DNA of 64,000 bases, taken from Bdellovibrionota bacterium (GTDB lineage Bacteria; Bdellovibrionota; Bdellovibrionia; Bdellovibrionales; JAEYZS01). Location: the NCBI GenBank assembly GCA_963169805.1, contig CAUJDY010000052.1, positions 19,579 through 83,578 of the forward strand, read 5' to 3'. This document shows positions 1 through 9,096 of the stretch, in pieces (the stretch's first letter is position 1; each line of letters begins with the position of its first letter). Below the pieces are notes generated by a model. That model saw nothing but the letters and a program-made list of their open reading frames with translations, ran no database searches and was not told where the DNA came from. The position numbers and the translations under genes were made by a program.

Positions 1-33
1 TAAAAGGGGCATCATAAACAATGCCCCTTTTTT
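1..33. terminator. Bidirectional rho-independent terminator-like hairpin
   Basis: GGGGCAT (6-12) pairs with ATGCCCC (21-27) around an 8-nt loop. It is flanked by an A-run on the left and a T-run on the right, and sits directly downstream of the stop of the minus-strand gene at 32. Confidence 0.6.
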
Positions 34-454
34 ATTCCATAATAACATCAAGGGCGCTCAGTAATTCTGTATTTTTAGCCTGAGATTCTCGAATCAAATT
101 TGTAGAATTTGATAGTTTTTTGATTAACTCTTGAATCATAGCCTGCGCCCAAAAAGGCACTTCTTCTAGTAATTCTTCATACATTTCTGCCGATACTTCC
201 ATAACCTCTGCATCTTGAGAAACCGTTGCAGTAGCCGTTCGAGGTTGTTTAGTTATAAATGCAAATTCACCAATACAGTCTCCTGCCTCAGCGCTTGCAA
301 GGACTACTTTTTGATTTTTACTTTGAATACTAATTTCTATTTTACCTTTTTTTAAGATAAAGAAACTATCCCCTTTTGTGCCTTCTTTGAAAAGAATATC
401 GCCGCATTTTAATTGGTGAATTTTTGTTTTATTATCTTTTTTTCCCATAATCAT
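32..454 (-). CDS. Stand-alone cyclic-nucleotide-binding (cNMP/Crp-type) domain protein, 140 aa
   Basis: Beta-roll signature FKEGTKGDSFFILKKGKIEIS...GDCIGEFAFI...PRTATATV, which fits the G-E...R-[ST]-A-T pattern. No output domain is present. Confidence 0.8.
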   Translation of the reverse strand: MIMGKKDNKTKIHQLKCGDILFKEGTKGDSFFILKKGKIEISIQSKNQKVVLASAEAGDCIGEFAFITKQPRTATATVSQDAEVMEVSAEMYEELLEEVPFWAQAMIQELIKKLSNSTNLIRESQAKNTELLSALDVIME

Positions 455-516
455 ATTATGATCTAAAACACGTCTGAGCTGTCACTTGTTTTATTAAACG
501 ACCTAGACCATAAGAT

Positions 517-1296
517 TCATAGGTAAAAAGCTACACATCGGGTCGGGGCTTTAATGTATTCCCTATATGATTCAAAGTAAGCCTCTATATCAAAACCTAG
601 TTCTCGAGTAAATTTTGGGAAAAATCTTTTTCCTCCCGTTTCAACTATATCCTGCTCAGCTAATTTTAAAATCCGATCTGCTAGCCACTTCGCCTTATCA
701 AAAGTAATAATGCCGGCTTCATTTAAAGCTTTGGCAACCTCAAGAGGACTTACAAAAGGAATTTGCCCCTCTAATATTGGATTACCATCTGGGTATGCTT
801 TTCTCATAAAGATTAAAAACCGTTTTTGTGGAAACTCTCTACGAATTTGATCATAAACAATAGGATCATATTCGGCATTATCTCCAAACATGATAACTCG
901 TTTTGTTGAATTTGAAGAAAGAATTCGTCTCAAAGCTGATAACTTAAAATCTTGCTTACTTTGCCCTTCTCTTAAAATTAACTCCCCAGGAGGAACTGCT
1001 GCATACTCTAAAGTCTTACTGTGCATATAGAAACTCACTGTCTTTAAAGCAGCTGATACATAGTAAAAGTTTGCGCGCCTAAATTGCGTACCAATTGTGT
1101 GGTAAAGATAGTTCATCCCGGGAAAAACAGCGTAGGGCAAGAACCCTCTAACTATTTTTGCAGGAGTATTCCGTACATGGGAGATCTTTATAGTATCGTC
1201 AATATCTGAGATCACAATGACCTTCTTAGAAGGAATCGGTTCTTGTGAATATACTGAGTTTGCGATTAAAACTAAGCAGACTATTAAAAGTTTCAT
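517..1296 (-). CDS. Secreted App1-like (DUF2183) phosphatidate phosphatase family protein
   Basis: N-terminal signal peptide MKLLIVCLVLIANSVYS. DxDxT phosphatase motif in VISDIDDTIKIS. A later FGDN motif is typical of App1/HAD-like enzymes. Confidence 0.6.
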   Translation of the reverse strand: MKLLIVCLVLIANSVYSQEPIPSKKVIVISDIDDTIKISHVRNTPAKIVRGFLPYAVFPGMNYLYHTIGTQFRRANFYYVSAALKTVSFYMHSKTLEYAAVPPGELILREGQSKQDFKLSALRRILSSNSTKRVIMFGDNAEYDPIVYDQIRREFPQKRFLIFMRKAYPDGNPILEGQIPFVSPLEVAKALNEAGIITFDKAKWLADRILKLAEQDIVETGGKRFFPKFTRELGFDIEAYFESYREYIKAPTRCVAFYL

Positions 1297-1531
1297 AGTC
1301 TGCTTATAGCAAATATATCTCTGAAATTAATAGGTTTTTTAGGAGAGCGAGTTTAAAAAGTGCTAGATGCGAGGCAGGAGGAGCATGTACGCATGATAAA
1401 GCATCTGAGCTACGAACCCACAAAAAAGATAACACTTTTCAAACACTCGAGTATGGAGAATCCTCTTGCCAGCTATCTAACCCCTTGTTAAGTATAGCAA
1501 ATCTCAATAACTATTAAAGGAGCTATACCTC

Positions 1532-1957
1532 ATGGCAATCGAAAAAACGTTCTCAATTATCAAACCAAATGCGATGAAGAAAAATGCAATTGGAGACATT
1601 ATTTCAATGTTCGAAGCTAATGGACTCAAAATTGCTGCAGCTAAACTTACAATTCTAAGTAAAGCTAAAGCAGAAGAGTTTTATGCTGAACACAAAGCAC
1701 GACCGTTTTTCGGTGAGCTTGTTTCATTTATGACATCTGGACCAGTTTTGCTGATGTGTCTAGCGGGTGAAAATGCAGTTGCCAAAAACCGAGAAATTAT
1801 GGGCGCGACAGATCCCAAAAAGGCCAATGTAGGAACTATCCGTGCAAAGTTTGGCGATAATATGGGAGAGAATGCTGTTCACGGGAGCGATAGCCCAACA
1901 TCCGCAGAACGCGAACTTTCGTTATTTTTCGAAAAATCTGAAATCTGTAATCTATAA
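1532..1957 (+). CDS. ndk: Nucleoside diphosphate kinase
   Basis: Canonical Ndk sequence: [25 protein letters not shown] (active-site His). 141 aa. AAGGAG RBS upstream. Confidence 0.97.
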   Translation: MAIEKTFSIIKPNAMKKNAIGDIISMFEANGLKIAAAKLTILSKAKAEEFYAEHKARPFFGELVSFMTSGPVLLMCLAGENAVAKNREIMGATDPKKANVGTIRAKFGDNMGENAVHGSDSPTSAERELSLFFEKSEICNL

Positions 1958-2164
1958 TAAGCGCAAAAGAGTTGCGTAGTTGTTTGCTTCTAGATTGAGG
2001 CACAAAGTTCGAAAAATACCGGAGCATAGCCGTAGGCTATGTGAGGATTATTGAGGACTGAAGTAACAAAAAGCTAGAAGCAAAGAACAAGCTGCCCACC
2101 TGGACGTACGTCCTAATGCTACGTATCTTGTGAACCGCGTTGAGCCTCGATATAAATAGAAGTA

Positions 2165-2962
2165 GTGAGGCTATATAATTCAAAAACCATTTTAATCTCT
2201 ATGACTTGCGCTCTTTTAGTGTCCTGCACTTCTTTTGAGCGGGAAAATAGACGAGCAGAAATTTACACTCGCCTTGGTTATGAATATTTAAATAATGGCA
2301 AATACCCGGAAGCGCTTCAAAACTTTTTAGAAGCTGAGAAACTTGATGATACAGCAAGCAGCATTCAAAATGGTTTGGCCATGACCTACTACGCAAGAGA
2401 GAAGTATGATCTTGCAACGAAACATATAAACCAAGCACTCAAACTTGATCCCAAGAACATAGATGCTCACAACAACAAAGGAAGAATCTTAATAGCCTTA
2501 GGCCAGTATATAGATGCGGAAAGATCTCTCGAAATCGCTCTCAAGGATCTGACTTATACTGAAATTGAAAAACCCTTAACTAATATGGGTTTACTTTTAA
2601 TGAGAAAAAATCAACCTAATGAAGCGAAAACCTATTTTATGAAAGCCATTCAGGCGAACAGAAACTTCTGTCCAGCTTATAAAGAATATGGCAATGCGCT
2701 TATTAAAATTAAGAACTATGAAATGGCGGGTTCGCTATTTGATAAAGCTATTAAAGTATGTCAAAATTCTCCAGAAGAAGCACATTATTTGAGCGCTTTA
2801 AGTTACTATCAACTTGGAAAAAAAGATTTTGCAGTAGCTCGCCTTAGAGAAGTTATTAAACTCTACCCTGAGAGTGAGTACGCAGAAAAATCTAAATCTC
2901 TTTTAAAAGCCGTTGGCCATACGGATTTAAAAGATAACTCCAAAGAGCAGGATCAAAAATGA
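2165..2962 (+). CDS. TPR-repeat lipoprotein, PilF/PilW-like (type IV pilus biogenesis/stability family)
   Basis: Lipobox LLVSC after a basic n-region, followed by multiple TPR repeats. It lies between ndk and rodZ, as pilF/pilW does in many proteobacteria. GTG start. Confidence 0.65.
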   Translation: MRLYNSKTILISMTCALLVSCTSFERENRRAEIYTRLGYEYLNNGKYPEALQNFLEAEKLDDTASSIQNGLAMTYYAREKYDLATKHINQALKLDPKNIDAHNNKGRILIALGQYIDAERSLEIALKDLTYTEIEKPLTNMGLLLMRKNQPNEAKTYFMKAIQANRNFCPAYKEYGNALIKIKNYEMAGSLFDKAIKVCQNSPEEAHYLSALSYYQLGKKDFAVARLREVIKLYPESEYAEKSKSLLKAVGHTDLKDNSKEQDQK

Positions 2963-4008
2963 AAGACATTGGATTACGTCTAAAAGAGGCAAGAGAGAAG
3001 AAGGGGTTTTCTGTTCAAGATGTCTCTATTGCAATTAAGATTAACTCCAAAACTCTTCAAGCGATTGAAGATGGAGAAGTTACCCAACTTCCTGCTAAGC
3101 CATTCCTAAGAGGTTTCATACAAACTTACTCAAAGTATCTAGATCTTAATGTTGACGAAGTAATGAAAACATTTGCAGAAGAAATTGGTTCAACTAAGCC
3201 GAAAACTCAAGCACCAGAATCTGTGTCTTCAGATAGTGTTGAGTCTACAGAAGAAACTCACAAGAAAATTGATTTATTTAAAAAAATTGGATTCATCGCC
3301 GCCGGCCTTCTTGCCATACTTCTAATCTATGTTATTCAAAAAGTAGTTGGAAAGTATGAAAAAGAGCAACAAGTTGCTGAAACGCAAAAGTCCGTACTGG
3401 TAACAGAGACTCCAATACAAGTCTCAACAGAAACTCCTACCGCACCTCTGAGTAATGAAGTCACAACGCCCGCTGTGGAAAAGGCTGAGACTTCAGCTAA
3501 TATAGAAACTCAGCAGGCAGCTGTGCCTACGCCGCCTTCACCTCAAGTAGCCACGACACCTCTGCCACCACCAAGTGAGACAAAACCTTTACAAACAACA
3601 ACCACACAAGGACCGATTTTGGTTCCTCCAGGGAAGCCTGTAACCCCACCCGCTATCACTCAACCTGTTAAGGTTGATGCAAAACCTGTTGCTGAAACTA
3701 AGCCTGTTGAACAAAAACCCCTCGAAATAAAAGTAGAAACACCAAAGCCTGCTGAAGCAGCTCAACAAAAGAAATCACCGCAGCAACTTGTTATTGAAGC
3801 ACTGGATAATGTTGAAATTCGCTACCAAAAAGATGGTAGCTCAGAAAAAACCGTTAGACTCAAACCAGAACAGATTTTAACTTTAAGTGCAGACTATAAG
3901 GTCAGCTTAAGTATTAATGACGGCGGTGCAGTGAGTATCATTAAGAATGGCAAAGACATTGGAGTTCCTGGAAACTTAGGAAAGCCTGCAAAACTCACTT
4001 ATCCTTAA
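2959..4008 (+). CDS. rodZ: Cytoskeleton protein RodZ (HTH_25 + TM + Pro-rich linker + C-terminal DUF4115-like domain)
   Basis: N-terminal HTH LKEAREKKGFSVQDVSIAIKINSKTLQAIEDGE..LPAKPFLRGFIQTYSKYL. Single TM GFIAAGLLAILLIYVI. Long P/T/V/K-rich linker. ATGA overlap with the upstream gene. Confidence 0.8.
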   Translation: MKDIGLRLKEAREKKGFSVQDVSIAIKINSKTLQAIEDGEVTQLPAKPFLRGFIQTYSKYLDLNVDEVMKTFAEEIGSTKPKTQAPESVSSDSVESTEETHKKIDLFKKIGFIAAGLLAILLIYVIQKVVGKYEKEQQVAETQKSVLVTETPIQVSTETPTAPLSNEVTTPAVEKAETSANIETQQAAVPTPPSPQVATTPLPPPSETKPLQTTTTQGPILVPPGKPVTPPAITQPVKVDAKPVAETKPVEQKPLEIKVETPKPAEAAQQKKSPQQLVIEALDNVEIRYQKDGSSEKTVRLKPEQILTLSADYKVSLSINDGGAVSIIKNGKDIGVPGNLGKPAKLTYP

Positions 4009-4045
4009 GAATTACTTGGAACTAAAAATATAAGGAAACACCTTC

Positions 4046-5254
4046 TTGCGGTTGATAATTTTGCTTTTTTTAATTACCTGCGGACTGCTTTTCTACGGCA
4101 TTTATCTAAGCGTTTTTCAATTATCAATTGTACAAAGTGAGATCGCACTTGAAAACCCTCCTGGATACTATGATTACAAGGGTATTACTCATGTACACTC
4201 TAAGGCGAGCACAGGTAGCGGCACATATAGCGAGATCTTAAAAGCTGGCAAATCAACAAAGCTAGATTTTATTTTATTCACGGATGCCAATCTTCCCAAA
4301 AGACCCAGTTTTATAGAAGGCTTCTATCAGGGAATGCTTGTACTTGCAGCAGGCGAGTATACTTATTTTGATTCCAGAATTTTATACTATGGAGGCGCAG
4401 AGGATACTCCTCCTCCCGGTCAGACGCAAACCCAAGTTTTCTTTGCAGATAAACTTTCGCAAATAGAAAATCCATATTTAGATATGATCGTACTTGCACA
4501 CCCTTATTATTCTAGCTACAAGTGGCAAGGAGAACATCCGCCTGGTTTAAGAGGTCTAGAAGTTATTAATCTTAAAAGTGTTCTTCAAAAATCTTGGTCT
4601 GAAAATAAACCAACGACTGTGTTTAGCGTTCTTATTTTTCCGTTTAATCCAACAATAGGTTTTTTAAAATTATTTGAACACCCAACGGATGAGATCTTGC
4701 TTTGGGATTTACTGAACAAAAAAGGTAAAATTGTTGGATTTGCGGGAAATGATACAAATGCAAAAATAGCTCTGCCGGGCGATAACTATATTAAATTTCC
4801 ATCTTATGAATCGTCATTCAGTTTGGTAAGTAATCACCTTTTGTTACAAAGCGAACTCACTGGAGACTTTAAGAAAGATAAAACAAAAGTTTTATCAGCT
4901 CTCAAAGAAGGACAATTTTACATGTCCCTAGACTTAATGGGATCTCCTAAGGGTTTTCTAGCAGAAATAGAAGATAGAAATGGGAAAAATTATCCTATTG
5001 GATCAAAGATATATTTACGTAAAGATTTAAAACTGAAAGTGGTTTTACCTCAACATATTCGCACAAATTTTCAAATTCGGATCATTAAAGATGGGGAAGT
5101 ATATGCAAGTTCAAACTCTAGAGAAAGCGAATTTGAAATTATCACTCCAGGTGTCTACAGAGCAGAAGTGCGTGTTAACCCAAGACTCCCGCTTCCTCGC
5201 GGACATAAACTTATCCCTTGGATTTATACAAATCCATTCTACGTCATAGAGTAA
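4046..5254 (+). CDS. Membrane-anchored PHP-domain-like metallophosphoesterase family protein
   Basis: N-terminal TM helix, then the PHP-type motif GITHVHSKASTGSG...LDFILFTDAN. The rest was not recognised. Confidence 0.5.
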   Translation: MRLIILLFLITCGLLFYGIYLSVFQLSIVQSEIALENPPGYYDYKGITHVHSKASTGSGTYSEILKAGKSTKLDFILFTDANLPKRPSFIEGFYQGMLVLAAGEYTYFDSRILYYGGAEDTPPPGQTQTQVFFADKLSQIENPYLDMIVLAHPYYSSYKWQGEHPPGLRGLEVINLKSVLQKSWSENKPTTVFSVLIFPFNPTIGFLKLFEHPTDEILLWDLLNKKGKIVGFAGNDTNAKIALPGDNYIKFPSYESSFSLVSNHLLLQSELTGDFKKDKTKVLSALKEGQFYMSLDLMGSPKGFLAEIEDRNGKNYPIGSKIYLRKDLKLKVVLPQHIRTNFQIRIIKDGEVYASSNSRESEFEIITPGVYRAEVRVNPRLPLPRGHKLIPWIYTNPFYVIE

Positions 5255-5312
5255 CTAGGTGCCAGGCACTTGGAAACATTTTCGCTTTTGTTTCCAAGTG
5301 CCTGGCACCTAG
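5255..5312. repeat. Perfect 24-bp-stem palindromic element (REP-like), copy 1
   Basis: CTAGGTGCCAGGCACTTGGAAACA (5255-5278) is the exact reverse complement of 5289-5312, with a 10-nt loop. It shares the 20-nt core GGTGCCAGGCACTTGGAAAC with the copy at 24659-24717. It lies between convergent genes and overlaps the stop codon of the minus-strand gene. Confidence 0.9.
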
Positions 5313-5920
5313 AAACTGAGTAAATCGAGTTGTTTGGGTTGTCTTTCAATTTGAGGAAATTTTAATGGCTTTCCGCAAATCTGAACTAAGGTTTCAAGTT
5401 CTGGTGGTTGCCCATTCACCGTCATTTTTTGAATGATTTTGTAAAATAAATGCCCACAGTAAGTCGCATCCGCCTGTGCTCTATGGAATACATCAGTCTG
5501 AATACCTAGATGTTGAACAACAGTGCCCAATTTATAGTTCATTAAACCGGGTATCACTTTTTTTGATAGGGCCAAAGTATCTAACATAAAGCCTTTTGGT
5601 GCACGCGTTTCAATTTTTTGTACGTTATGTGCAATAAATTGAAAGTCAAAACTAGCATTGTGAGCAACAAGTATATCTGAGCCGCAAAAATCAGCAAACG
5701 GTTCAAGCAATGTGTCTATTGTAGGTTTATCTTGAACCATCTCATCTGTAATTCCGGATACTCTTTGCGCACCTTCAGGAATGGGCTTTCCTGGATTAAC
5801 TAAAGTCACAAACATTTCTGAAGGCTCCCCGTTTTCAAAACGAACAGCCGCAATTTCTGTAATCTGATCAACGCCAGGTATGAATCCTGTTGTTTCTAAG
5901 TCAAACGCTATAAATCTCAT
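5309..5920 (-). CDS. DEDDh 3'-5' exonuclease (DnaQ/DNA polymerase III epsilon-like)
   Basis: Exo I FDLETTG, Exo II AHNASFDFQF, Exo III HRAQADA. 203 aa. Confidence 0.85.
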   Translation of the reverse strand: MRFIAFDLETTGFIPGVDQITEIAAVRFENGEPSEMFVTLVNPGKPIPEGAQRVSGITDEMVQDKPTIDTLLEPFADFCGSDILVAHNASFDFQFIAHNVQKIETRAPKGFMLDTLALSKKVIPGLMNYKLGTVVQHLGIQTDVFHRAQADATYCGHLFYKIIQKMTVNGQPPELETLVQICGKPLKFPQIERQPKQLDLLSF

Positions 5921-6057
5921 GTAAACCCCGAACTACTTGGTTACAAAATGTTCGATCTTTTTGCAATCATGAATTACCATATGAACCAAGTTATATAGCA
6001 AGTAATTGTACAACCCTCGCTTTAGCTTAGCGTCAGAAATAGTATGGGGCGGAATCC

Positions 6058-6336
6058 GTGCGTTTTTATGTGGAAAATACAGATCAAGAAGTAGAAATTA
6101 AGCCCGATTGCTCTTTACTCGAACATTTAATTCAAAATGATATTGAGATTTCTCACTCTTGCGGTGGAATGGGAAGTTGTGGAACATGCCGAGTTTTAAT
6201 TATCAACGGATCTGAATCTTTACCGCCTCGAAATGCAGAAGAGCAACAACGTGCTACTGATTTACAGTTCCAATATCATGAGAGATTGGCTTGCCAAATT
6301 TGTCCTATACAAAATCTAACAATTAAAATTCCATAA
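6058..6336 (+). CDS. 2Fe-2S ferredoxin
   Basis: Cluster-binding pattern SCGGMGSCGTCRV plus a distal LACQ cysteine. 92 aa. GTG start. Confidence 0.8.
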   Translation: MRFYVENTDQEVEIKPDCSLLEHLIQNDIEISHSCGGMGSCGTCRVLIINGSESLPPRNAEEQQRATDLQFQYHERLACQICPIQNLTIKIP

Positions 6337-6357
6337 TAAAGAGTAGGGCACATCCTT

Positions 6358-7959
6358 TTATATTTTTTTGGTAATAGGATAGCGGCGACCCGTCCCAAAA
6401 GCTCTATCGCTAACTCGCAAAATAGGTGCGGCTTGCCATCTTTTAAATTCTGCCAGCATCATACGGCGGTATATATCTTCTTCGAATTCATTTTTTGGAG
6501 ACACTCCCGTGACTATGAACTTTTCTACCAAAGAGTCCAATATATTATAAGGTGGAAGAGAGTCTTCATCTTTTTGGTTTTCTCTTAACTCTGCGGTAGG
6601 AGGTCTTTTAATTATTTCTGCTGGTATTATTGCTTGAGATTCATTGATGAGATGACACAAATCTACTACCTGAGATTTTAATAAATCACCAATCGGAGCT
6701 AACCCTCCGCACATGTCTCCATAAAGTGTCGCATAGCCCATAGCATACTCAGCTTTGTTGCCCGTTGTAAGTAAAAGTGAGTTTTTGAAATTAGAGTAAG
6801 CCATCAAGAAAGTTCCACGTATTCTCGACTGAAGATTTTCATGAACTAAACCAAATTCCTTGATTCCTAAACTGATATCAAGCTCATCAAAATATGTTTT
6901 GTAGACACCGTTCGTATCTATATTCAAAAATTCTACACCCAAATTTTCTGTCAGTTTAAGTGCTAAATCAAAACTCAATTGAGAGCTGTAGGGACCTGGT
7001 AGCGCAATGCATGTCACATTGCGAGCGCCAACGGCTTGGACTGCGAGACAGGCTACAAGCGCCGAATCTATGCCTCCACTTAGTCCAAGATGAATTTTTT
7101 TAAAATTATTTTTTTGAGTGAAATCTCTAATTCCTAAAACTAGAGCATTTTTTAACAACACTAAAGAGTCCTGTTTGGTATTCTTGTGCTTAGTAGGTTT
7201 ATTAAAATCGTATATTCCAAAGTTTTCTTCAAAGTATGGAGCCTGATACAACTTTTTCCCTTTGAAGTCTAAAATAAAACTACCGCCATCAAATACAATT
7301 TCATCTTGGGCTCCACACTGATTCACATAAACAACAGGCGCCTTCATCTTACGCGCTGTCTGTGCAACAACATTCTCCCGCTCTTTTATTTTATTAAACG
7401 AATAAGGAGAAGCAGAGATATTTACAACCAAATCGACTGTTTGCTTTATCTCTGTAATTGGGTTGACCGGATAGCGGTGTCCTTGATCGCCCCAGCCCCA
7501 AATATCTTCACATATGGTTACAAGAATTTTTTTGTTTTTAAATTTGAGAATATTGTCCTTCATTTTCCCAGAAGCAAAATGTCTTTTCTCATCAAAAACA
7601 TCATAGTTAGGCAGAAGTTCTTTGTAAAAATACTTAGGAGGCTTTTCTTTCTCTAGAAAAACAGCAGTATTGCGTCCGCAAAGTCCATCAGATTTTTTAT
7701 CTAATGTAACAGCACCAAATAAGACTCCGAGACCTTTTGGAATATGTTTTTGTATAATTTTAATTTTTTTTATTTGCTCTTGAATTAAAAGCTGGTTCTC
7801 AAGCAAATCTGATGGCCAATAGCCAAACAAACAAAGCTCTGGAAGCAAAAGGAGATCGCACCCATTTTTGTAGGCTAATTCAATCCCCTCAATTATCTTG
7901 CGAGAATTTTGCTCAAAGTGAGCGATCGTTGTATTGATTTGAGCGAGGCACAGCTTCAT
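6358..7959 (-). CDS. nadE: Glutamine-dependent NAD+ synthetase
   Basis: N-terminal CN-hydrolase domain (LLLPELCLFGY, ICEDIW). C-terminal NAD synthase domain with the PP-loop GLSGGIDSA. 533 aa. Confidence 0.95.
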   Translation of the reverse strand: MKLCLAQINTTIAHFEQNSRKIIEGIELAYKNGCDLLLLPELCLFGYWPSDLLENQLLIQEQIKKIKIIQKHIPKGLGVLFGAVTLDKKSDGLCGRNTAVFLEKEKPPKYFYKELLPNYDVFDEKRHFASGKMKDNILKFKNKKILVTICEDIWGWGDQGHRYPVNPITEIKQTVDLVVNISASPYSFNKIKERENVVAQTARKMKAPVVYVNQCGAQDEIVFDGGSFILDFKGKKLYQAPYFEENFGIYDFNKPTKHKNTKQDSLVLLKNALVLGIRDFTQKNNFKKIHLGLSGGIDSALVACLAVQAVGARNVTCIALPGPYSSQLSFDLALKLTENLGVEFLNIDTNGVYKTYFDELDISLGIKEFGLVHENLQSRIRGTFLMAYSNFKNSLLLTTGNKAEYAMGYATLYGDMCGGLAPIGDLLKSQVVDLCHLINESQAIIPAEIIKRPPTAELRENQKDEDSLPPYNILDSLVEKFIVTGVSPKNEFEEDIYRRMMLAEFKRWQAAPILRVSDRAFGTGRRYPITKKI

Positions 7960-8413
7960 TGTCTTCCTTGGATTTTTTATCCAAGTACTCTTTTACAGGA
8001 CGACGGCCAGAAAATCCATCTCTATAACCGTGCCAGTATAAAATATGCTCCTCAGGATACTTCCAACAGAAATATCCATCTCCCGAATCAAAATCAGCAA
8101 TCCAAAGCCCTTTAGTAAGCGCGCCTAGTTTTTCAACTTTGTTCTGCCATTCAGATATTAAAGCATTCACTTCACTCTCAAGCTGAGGTGTAGCCTTATC
8201 GTTCTGAGACAAAACATCCAAACGCTGGATGAGCTTGTTCACTTTTTCGCTATATGTTTTTGTAATACGAACAATCACAGGCAAAACATGACTGAGGTCT
8301 TCATAAGAAAATACTTTCTTAGGCTTTAACTCAACAATGTTCGCGCGATTATCGTATAAGAGATCCCGAATCCCTGACATCCCCTCTTTTCCCCCATCAT
8401 TTTTATGACCCAT
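7913..8413 (-). CDS. DUF2203-like protein
   Basis: The C-terminal block GLWIADFDSGDGYFCWKYPEEHILYWHGYRDGFSGRRP matches my recollection of the DUF2203 signature (LVDF...LCWK.GE..I.YWH....GF.GRRP). Its 3' end overlaps the nadE start by 47 nt. Confidence 0.55.
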   Translation of the reverse strand: MGHKNDGGKEGMSGIRDLLYDNRANIVELKPKKVFSYEDLSHVLPVIVRITKTYSEKVNKLIQRLDVLSQNDKATPQLESEVNALISEWQNKVEKLGALTKGLWIADFDSGDGYFCWKYPEEHILYWHGYRDGFSGRRPVKEYLDKKSKEDNEAVPRSNQYNDRSL

Positions 8414-8526
8414 CCGTATGGAAGTTTCAACAAGAATATGACACTAAAAATGATACTTTCGGTCAAAGCTAGCGTGACAAAAATCACCCTCCAACTTTTT
8501 GTTAGACTTTCAGAGAACAGCTACGT

Positions 8527-9096
8527 ATGATCCAAAAAATGGATATTAAATCTTTAATTTCCCTAGTAAATTCAAATATTTCCGCAATCGAACACACTCA
8601 CCCCAGCACTGCGTACCAAGCCGTCAACTCAGCACTGTTAATGAGCTCAATCACAACACTTGTAGAAATGATACCCACTCTTGAAGGAAGAATTGTAAGT
8701 TTAATTTTAAGTGACAAGCCTATTTCCGATCTTCACGAGCAAATTCTAAAAAAGACGAACCATTCTTCGCACAGATATTTACAAAACATATCTTCTTCAA
8801 CTCTTAAAGTTTTTTATCACCTACATAAGCCTGAGTTTAAAGGCAGTATTGCAATACTAGAGGTTAACAATCTTATAACACTACTAGAACTTGTAAATGA
8901 GGCAACGAAATCCCAAATTGAAGTTGTCAACCATAACAACTCAAGAGGCTTTATGAACAATACTCTGTTTTTGAGTGCAGAGCCCAGTCTGCTTAAACAT
9001 TTCTTAGAAAAAAACAGTGAACGTATTTCTAAGCACCAGATAATTGAAAAACTGAGCACATCACTTTTGAGTTTTTTTAGCTTCGCTGAACCATAA
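8527..9096 (+). CDS. Hypothetical protein, 189 aa
   Basis: The ORF fills an otherwise empty interval. I recognised no motifs. It overlaps the neighbouring TPR gene convergently by 36 nt. Confidence 0.4.
   Translation: MIQKMDIKSLISLVNSNISAIEHTHPSTAYQAVNSALLMSSITTLVEMIPTLEGRIVSLILSDKPISDLHEQILKKTNHSSHRYLQNISSSTLKVFYHLHKPEFKGSIAILEVNNLITLLELVNEATKSQIEVVNHNNSRGFMNNTLFLSAEPSLLKHFLEKNSERISKHQIIEKLSTSLLSFFSFAEP

Noticed and set aside
7913-7959. 47-nt overlap between the 3' end of the DUF2203-like gene and the nadE start, considered as a possible frameshift or annotation error
   Set aside because: The nadE N-terminus (MKLCLAQINTT...) aligns with the normal start of CN-hydrolase domains. The DUF2203-like ORF simply carries a non-conserved charged tail. 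Same-strand overlaps of this size occur, and there is no evidence of a frameshift.
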